From Candidatus Eiseniibacteriota bacterium (GTDB taxonomy: Bacteria; Eisenbacteria; RBG-16-71-46): a DNA stretch of 64,000 bases. Each line of letters starts with the position of its first letter. Position 1 is the stretch's first letter. The DNA lies in assembly GCA_025360715.1 (NCBI GenBank), contig JANYBS010000189.1, forward strand, positions 29,229 through 93,228, written 5' to 3'. The notes below the pieces were generated by a model. That model saw nothing but the letters and a program-made list of their open reading frames with translations, did no database searches and was not told the origin of the DNA. Positions 58,027 to 64,000 of this stretch are shown piece after piece. Made by a program: the position numbers and the translations under genes.

Positions 58027-58262
58027 GTGAATCATGCCTCCTTGCGAATCCAGGTCAGAGCTACGATTCCTGAGGTTCCCCAGAGCCGGACGGCCCTGGT
58101 TCTGCGACGTTCCTCGTGGCCCCACCTCCTTTCGCAGCGGTCTGAAAGTGCAGCGGGGGGTGACACGCCAAAAGCCCCATCTCGTTCCTTGCGATGAGGC
58201 TTCACGAAGAAACACCAAGAACAACCCTCATCGGGAAGGATCCTGGCATTCGCCCGAGGCGC

Positions 58263-58291
58263 ACGGTAGGAACGCCTCGCTTCGTTGTCAA
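58263..58291 (-). promoter_or_regulatory. Sigma70 promoter of the barrel gene
   Basis: TTGACA(58291-58286)-N17-TACCGT(58268-58263), implying a leader of about 230 nt. Confidence 0.6.
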
Positions 58292-58307
58292 GGCGATTTC
58301 TGGCACA

Positions 58308-59144
58308 TCAGGGCGTCTGGCCGCGGGCAGGGACCCTGACAAGCGGCCTCGCCCAAGCCTGGAACTGAGGCGACAACTCATTGTCGCACAGCCCGTTATC
58401 ACGTTCTAAAGAGTTCACTCTGACGACCCCACGAGCGTGCGCGTAGAAATCCCCGCCCAGGCCGATCCCGACGTGCTGCATGCGCCTGCCCGAAGCTCGG
58501 AAGAACACGAGGTCGCCGACTTGGGGCAACTCGCCTTTTGTAAGTCTTACACAAGCGCGGAACTGTTCCTGCGCATCTCGCGGCAGCAACACGCCCTGCT
58601 CGGCGAGCACCTGCTGCACGAATCCCGAGCAATCGTAGCCCGCCGGCGTGCGCCCGCCCCACAGGTACGGCGCTCCCAATACCGCCTTCACGCGAGTGAG
58701 CAGGTCCACCGCGCGCTTGCCCTCGTCACGCAGCGCCGCCGCCTCAAGGTAGCCGCGCCGGCCATCGGGGAGTTCGACCATGCGATGGCCGCCGCGGGCG
58801 CGGCTCGCGATCACGCGGCCGCCGAAGAACACCGGACTCACGCCTCCACCTGCGCCGGCAGCGGTCCGGACCTCCGCCAATGGCGCTTCGATGCGCGTGC
58901 GAGCCAATGCGCGCCAGCGCGCCGCCCGCTCCTTGGACGCAGGCACGATGGCCCAGTCCTTGAGCCAGCCGCGATACCCGTCAGCAAGGTTGAGGACCCG
59001 CCACCAGCCCTGTCGCGGGCCGCCAAGCAGCCGCACGATCTCGCCCAGCAGGAGTTGCGAGCCCAGCTCTGCGCGATGGTCTGGCTCGATGCGCAGGTCC
59101 GCGGCCGCAAGGGTGACGACGCCGTGCGTGGCGCGGGAGGTCAT
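58308..59144 (-). CDS. SH3-containing NlpC/P60 (C40) peptidase
   Basis: SQLLLGE, GYRGW (SH3b); PYLWGG, YDCSGFV, HVGI. Confidence 0.92.
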   Translation of the reverse strand: MTSRATHGVVTLAAADLRIEPDHRAELGSQLLLGEIVRLLGGPRQGWWRVLNLADGYRGWLKDWAIVPASKERAARWRALARTRIEAPLAEVRTAAGAGGGVSPVFFGGRVIASRARGGHRMVELPDGRRGYLEAAALRDEGKRAVDLLTRVKAVLGAPYLWGGRTPAGYDCSGFVQQVLAEQGVLLPRDAQEQFRACVRLTKGELPQVGDLVFFRASGRRMQHVGIGLGGDFYAHARGVVRVNSLERDNGLCDNELSPQFQAWARPLVRVPARGQTP

Positions 59145-60403
59145 TCCGAGATCGGCTGCCGGAGCGTGTATCGCCCGAAGCCCTCACGATCCTCGAAGAT
59201 GAACCGGCGGTAGGGCTGGTTGTAGTACCAGATCTCCAGCGGGTAGCTCGTGGCGGAGGCCGGCTGCTGCTCCACCTGATCCGGGGGGCCGTAGCGGATG
59301 TAGATACGTCCCATGTCGGAGCGCCAACCGGGCCCGAAGCCCTGGAAATGCTGCTCGGAATAGCGCAGGCGGCGGAAGAACTCGAGCTGGAATTCGTTGC
59401 GCGGCGTGTCGGGCGTCGGGTCGCGGCGGCGCCAGAAACGCTCCCAGGCAGCGCCTTGCTGGTCCGCCGGCAGGTTGCGCAGTGCATCGACCTCGCGGGA
59501 ATCGGCGATATAGGAGAGGGCCTCGAGCATCTGCTCGAACGCCTTGCCCCGCGGCGGCCCACTCTCATCGACCTCGAAAGAGCGCGAGGTCCGCCAGCGC
59601 GACTTGCCCTCCACAAGCTCGATCTCGAACGTGTACGCCCCCAAGAAGAGGTCACCGGCATGCGCCGGCCGCACCAGCACGGGCTGGGCGGAGGCCGCGA
59701 GCGTGACCAGCGTGTCGCCCGTCAGCACGGGGTCGCCCGTCTCGGCAAGCACGCGGTAATGGAACATGGCCCGCCTTGGCCACGGGCCCGGACGGCGGTC
59801 GAACAAGGTCGCCTGCGCCGCGATCTGTCCGGAGTTGTAGCCGAACGCGCGCGTGGGCAGCATCGTGAAGACACCCAGCGAGTCGAGCACGCCCAGCGCG
59901 AGGTCCGAGAAACCCACGGGAACACGGGAGAGATCGGCGACGGTGAATTGATCGTCTGCCGAGGATTCCTGGTCCGAGCCCAGGTCGCGCACACGCACTC
60001 GCACGTGGTAGCGCCCTGGCGGCACCGGGAATGAGCGCGTGACCAGCAGGTTGTTGCGGCTGCTGTGGGTGGCGGCGTAGCCCTCGATGATCAGGCGTTT
60101 CTCCCACGAATCGCCAAAGAGCCGGCCGCGATCGCGGGGCTCGAACTCGACCACCAGCCCCACGCCGGCGCGGTAGGTGTCGCCCGGGAGCTTGGTCCAC
60201 GACATCTCCGCGTAGGGCACGGTGACCGTCGCAGTGACCGTCGAGCGGGCGCTCGAATCGACCGAGACGCTCACATCGGCCGTGAAGAACGGGGGTTGCG
60301 AGGCGCGCAGGGGCGGCAGGTCGGTCGCACGCGCGGGCGCGGCAAGGCCACAGGCACCGATGAATAGAGCAACGATCACACTGCCGAAGGTATGGACTCG
60401 CAC
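59141..60403 (-). CDS. GWxTD domain protein (GWRSD variant)
   Basis: FWRRRDPTPDTPRNEF; GWRSDMGRIYIRYGPPD; EIWYY. Confidence 0.9.
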   Translation of the reverse strand: MRVHTFGSVIVALFIGACGLAAPARATDLPPLRASQPPFFTADVSVSVDSSARSTVTATVTVPYAEMSWTKLPGDTYRAGVGLVVEFEPRDRGRLFGDSWEKRLIIEGYAATHSSRNNLLVTRSFPVPPGRYHVRVRVRDLGSDQESSADDQFTVADLSRVPVGFSDLALGVLDSLGVFTMLPTRAFGYNSGQIAAQATLFDRRPGPWPRRAMFHYRVLAETGDPVLTGDTLVTLAASAQPVLVRPAHAGDLFLGAYTFEIELVEGKSRWRTSRSFEVDESGPPRGKAFEQMLEALSYIADSREVDALRNLPADQQGAAWERFWRRRDPTPDTPRNEFQLEFFRRLRYSEQHFQGFGPGWRSDMGRIYIRYGPPDQVEQQPASATSYPLEIWYYNQPYRRFIFEDREGFGRYTLRQPISE

Positions 60404-60533
60404 CGTGCCGCCAACCTAGCACAAGGGCGCACGCCCTCCCGAGCGAAAAACGCTCTTGACGGACAAGGGGGTGCAAAGGCGACACTCAGGGCTGATCGGG
60501 CCGATCACCCACCGGGACGAGTCCACTCTGAAC

Positions 60534-63329
60534 GTGACCCTGTTCCACCGCTTCCGCGCGCATCTCCTCGCGGCTGCGCTGCTGCTCTTCCCTGCCGCTG
60601 CGCTCGCCACTGCCACCACGCCCTCGGGAGTCCTGCCCGAGGCGGTGCTCCGCGCTTTCGACTCGGGCGCCCTCGCGGGCACTCCGGCTCCATCGCCCAC
60701 ACACACGACCGCTCAGCAGTCCGATTGGCTGGTGCCCGTCCTGCTGGTGAGTTACGCCGACACCTCGGTGCGCATCCCGCCCGCGCAGATCCAGTTCGCG
60801 CTCTTCGATACCACGCATTCGACCCCGACCGGCTCGGTCGTGGACTATTACGACTGGGCCTCCGGTGGACGCCTGCGCATCCGCGGCGAGGTGGTGGGAA
60901 CGGTGCAGCTCTCAGGCACCCGGCAGTACTACAGCAATGACTCGTACGGGCTGAACGTGACCAGCACCCCCAACAACGACGCAGGGCTTTTGCGCGAAGC
61001 CATCTCGCGACTGGGCTCTGCGGTCGATTGGTCGCGCTACGACCGCGATGGCGATGGATTCGTCGATATGCTCTGGGTGGTCCACGCGGGTCTGGGCGGT
61101 GAGCTCAGCGGCAGCCGCCTCGACATGTGGTCGGTCACCTCGCGCATGTCGGCCGGCTGGTCGAACGCCAACGCCATCGAGACCAACAGTCTGCTGCCGG
61201 GCTCGGCCACGCAGAAGATCCGCGTCGACCGTTTCTCCATGCTGCCCGAGATGTCCGGCTTCCGCCCCGGTCAGATGAGCGAGATCGGCGTCTTCTGCCA
61301 CGAGTTCGGCCACGCGCTCGGCCTGCCCGACCTCTACGACACGTCCCAATTGGGCGGCACGGGTAACGTCGGCCCGGGCAACTGGTCGCTCATGTCGACC
61401 GGCGCCTATGGCGGCGACAACCGCAGCCCGCAGACGCCCGTGGGCATGGGCGCGTGGCCGATGCTGTTCCTCGGATGGGCCGACCGCCTGCGCCCGGCGC
61501 AGGACACCACGCTCACCCTGCGGCCGATCAGTGCGGGCGGTCCGGTGGTGGAGTTCGCCTTCCAGGGCGAGAACGAAAGCGAACATTTCTTGGTCGAGAA
61601 CCGCGCCCGAACGCTTTTCGACCGCAACCTGCCGGACCACGGCCTGCTGCTCTATCAAGTGGATGAAGCCAGCATCGGCCAGCGCATCGCCTCCAACCGC
61701 GTGAACGCAGGCCTCACGCCGGGACTACGCGTGGTCGAGGCCGATGGCCACACGGACCTCACCGCGGGCGGCAATCGCGGCGACAGCGGAGACCCGCTGC
61801 CGGGCACTTCCCATCGCGTGCGCATGGATGACGAGACCACGCCGAGCCTGCGCTCGGTGGCAGGCGCCGAGAACAACCTCGCGCTCGAGGACATCACGCT
61901 CCTGGGCGACGACGCCCGCGCCACGTTCCGCGTACGCGCGCCCGGCTGGCTGCCGGCGCGCGAGGTGAGTGATCCGCTTTATGCGCCTGCCGGCGCGGTG
62001 AGCACCATCTCGCATCGCTCGGTGGTCACGCCGCAGGGCGGCGTGTTCACGGTCAGCGCCGATGCTCGCACCGGCCGGCCGCAGATCACGCTGCAAGCCC
62101 GCGCGTTCCGCGGCACTTGGTCCACCCCCTCGAACATCACCAGCTCTCCGAGCGCCGCCTACGATCCGGCACTCGCGCTGCTGCCGGGCAACGATCTCGC
62201 AATCGCGTGGCTCGATACGCGCAGCGGCCTGCCGCAACTGTGGTACCGCTCGCGCATCGGCGGCGTCTGGACCGCCGAGACGCAGATGTCGCGCTCCACT
62301 GTGGGCTGCACCTCACCGGCGATCGCGAGCGATGCACACGGCCGCGTGTTCCTGAGCTGGCTCGAGGTCCTTGATACGGGCCCGCGCCTCATGTTCATGC
62401 GCTTCAATTGGGCCAGCCCGTTCGGACAAGCGCTGGTGGTGAGCCAAGCCACCGACCTGCCCTCAGCGCCGGTGATCACGGCCGCGCCCGATGGCCACGC
62501 CTACATCCTGTGGTCCGATCGCCGCTCGACGCGCCCGCAGATCCTCTTCGCGCGCTACGCCCCCGACTCGGGACTCTTCGCGCGCTTGCCCCTGACCGGC
62601 GCTTCGGGTTACGCACAGCCGTCGCTTGCCGCGGAGGCCGACGCGAACGGCACGCTGCACGTGCTCTGGCAGCAGACGGGTTCGGGACTCAACGAAGTGC
62701 ACTACCAGCAGCGCTTCGCCAACTCCGCGCCTGCTCCACGCGACACGGCCATGGAGTCGATCCCCGACGCGCTGCAGAACCCGCGGATCAGCGTGGACCT
62801 ACTGGGCGGCCTGCACATGTCGTATGAGCGCATCACCGGCATCGGCACGCAGTTGCGCTACAAGCGCTGGCGCCCGGGACTGGGCTGGGACTTCCGCGGC
62901 ACCGAGATCTCGGTGCCCAGCGACGGCAGCATCTCGCACGCCGACGTGCTGCCGGTCTCGAACGGCGTGGTCTCGCTCGTCTACACCGGTTTCGACGGCC
63001 AGCGCGAACGGCTGGTGGAACGGGTGCGCCAACTCGACCAGCTCGTGGCCGCTGCTCCCGTGCCCGTGGCCGCCCACCTGCCGAGCGTGCGCATGGGCCC
63101 GAGCCCGCTGCGCCCGGGCCAGGCGCTCGACGTGAGCGGTGTGCCGCTCGACGGCGGCCGCGAGGGCGTGGTCGAACTCTTCGACGCCACGGGCCGGCGG
63201 CTGGCCAGCGTGCGAGCGGTGGCGGGTCACGCCCGCTTCGGCAGCGAAGTCACCCGCGCGCTCGCGCCCGGGCTTTACCTCACGCGCGTGCGCGGCGCTT
63301 CGAGTGGCCGCCTGGTGGTGATCCGCTGA
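60534..63329 (+). CDS. M6 (immune inhibitor A-like) metalloprotease with propeller-like repeats and T9SS-like CTD
   Basis: DWSRYDRDGDG; HEFGHALGLPDLYD; WSLM Met-turn; EHFLVENR; LFDATGR...PGLYL...RLVVIR; start uncertain. Confidence 0.88.
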   Translation: MTLFHRFRAHLLAAALLLFPAAALATATTPSGVLPEAVLRAFDSGALAGTPAPSPTHTTAQQSDWLVPVLLVSYADTSVRIPPAQIQFALFDTTHSTPTGSVVDYYDWASGGRLRIRGEVVGTVQLSGTRQYYSNDSYGLNVTSTPNNDAGLLREAISRLGSAVDWSRYDRDGDGFVDMLWVVHAGLGGELSGSRLDMWSVTSRMSAGWSNANAIETNSLLPGSATQKIRVDRFSMLPEMSGFRPGQMSEIGVFCHEFGHALGLPDLYDTSQLGGTGNVGPGNWSLMSTGAYGGDNRSPQTPVGMGAWPMLFLGWADRLRPAQDTTLTLRPISAGGPVVEFAFQGENESEHFLVENRARTLFDRNLPDHGLLLYQVDEASIGQRIASNRVNAGLTPGLRVVEADGHTDLTAGGNRGDSGDPLPGTSHRVRMDDETTPSLRSVAGAENNLALEDITLLGDDARATFRVRAPGWLPAREVSDPLYAPAGAVSTISHRSVVTPQGGVFTVSADARTGRPQITLQARAFRGTWSTPSNITSSPSAAYDPALALLPGNDLAIAWLDTRSGLPQLWYRSRIGGVWTAETQMSRSTVGCTSPAIASDAHGRVFLSWLEVLDTGPRLMFMRFNWASPFGQALVVSQATDLPSAPVITAAPDGHAYILWSDRRSTRPQILFARYAPDSGLFARLPLTGASGYAQPSLAAEADANGTLHVLWQQTGSGLNEVHYQQRFANSAPAPRDTAMESIPDALQNPRISVDLLGGLHMSYERITGIGTQLRYKRWRPGLGWDFRGTEISVPSDGSISHADVLPVSNGVVSLVYTGFDGQRERLVERVRQLDQLVAAAPVPVAAHLPSVRMGPSPLRPGQALDVSGVPLDGGREGVVELFDATGRRLASVRAVAGHARFGSEVTRALAPGLYLTRVRGASSGRLVVIR

Positions 63330-64000
63330 AGCGCCTGCGTCTGGGCGGGCTCTTGAGCGTGGTGGCGCCGCTGCTGCTCGCGGGCGTCTTCCCGCTCAAG
63401 GATCCCGTGAACGCCACCTGGGGCGTCTCGGGTGCTTGGCTCTACCCGGTCGGCGCGCGGCGCGCGCTCGGCACGGACTCGCCGGAGTGTCCGGCGTTCA
63501 AGCTCAATCGCGGCCTCGAGCAGAGCGGGCAGCGCCTCACGCACGAGGGCGCGGACATGGCCAATGGCCGTGGCGGCGACACCGTGCGCGCAGCCGGGAG
63601 CGGCTTGGTCGTGCTCAACGCCTCGCGCGACGATGGCTATGGCCGCCGCATCGTCATGGCCCATCGATGCGCCGATGGCGCGGTCCGCTACACCGTGTAC
63701 GCACACCTGAGCGAGGGGACCACGGTCGTGCATGCCGGCGACCGCGTGTGCGCAGGCGACCCGCTCGCGCGCGTGGGACAGACCGGCCGCGCCAGCACAC
63801 CGCACCTGCACTTCGAGGTACGCGAAACCAGCGCTCCCGGCGAACGATGGGAACACGCGCGGGTGCTCGACCCTATCGCGTTCCTTGATGCGCGCCTGCC
63901 GCAAGCACTCGACGCCGAACCGGGAGTCGCGCCTTATCTGGAGTGGGCGCAGTGTGAGGGTCTCATCGACTCGCACGCCGCCGCCGAGGGCGTGCTCACG
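63326..64000 (+). CDS. M23 family metallopeptidase, runs off window edge
   Basis: Manual translation: HEGAD, YAHL, VGQTGRASTPHLHFE; start CTG 63326, TTG 63353 or GTG 63359. Confidence 0.85.
   Translation, partial: MKRLRLGGLLSVVAPLLLAGVFPLKDPVNATWGVSGAWLYPVGARRALGTDSPECPAFKLNRGLEQSGQRLTHEGADMANGRGGDTVRAAGSGLVVLNASRDDGYGRRIVMAHRCADGAVRYTVYAHLSEGTTVVHAGDRVCAGDPLARVGQTGRASTPHLHFEVRETSAPGERWEHARVLDPIAFLDARLPQALDAEPGVAPYLEWAQCEGLIDSHAAAEGVLT

Noticed and set aside
43815-58224. Long N-terminal extensions implied by ORF-track starts (43815, 47570, 56469, 58224)
   Set aside because: Extensions overlap promoters or terminators; downstream starts with SD sequences and/or signal peptides fit better

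Overview
High-GC, gene-dense core-genome segment of a diderm bacterium. Cys-type Ccm system I*, a PorV homologue, several proteins with T9SS/FlgD-like C-terminal domains (CTDs) and a GWxTD protein suggest an FCB-related lineage such as Ca. Eisenbacteria (inference). Left to right: xanthine-oxidase-family (HcrC/HcrA-like) subunits; FAD oxidoreductase; fba-fbp; a hairpin-dense REPIN-like element; arsC-aquaporin-ltrA; a small gene-dinB-DUF72 cassette behind a palindromic operator; a BNR/PPC CTD protein; DUF2079; a long nifU-mrp-iscS-pdxST-nrnA-ccmABCDEF operon; M13 peptidase; a mosaic CTD protein; an mreBCD-mrdA-rodA-lgt-aroE-comF-cbiMQO-rarA operon; an unknown beta-barrel plus two paralogous lipoproteins; gdhA; a TonB receptor-CTD protein-PorV operon; a putative major outer-membrane barrel; NlpC/P60; GWxTD; M6 and M23 peptidases. 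No tRNA, rRNA, CRISPR array, transposase or integrase was seen. Best candidates for undescribed biology: (1) the SusD-less TBDR/CTD-protein/PorV module; (2) the operator-controlled dinB cassette with a stand-alone ImuB-C-like protein; (3) the REPIN-like element with a local silent-site strand skew; (4) the barrel plus twin-lipoprotein operon. All calls are by-eye motif recognition; no searches were run.
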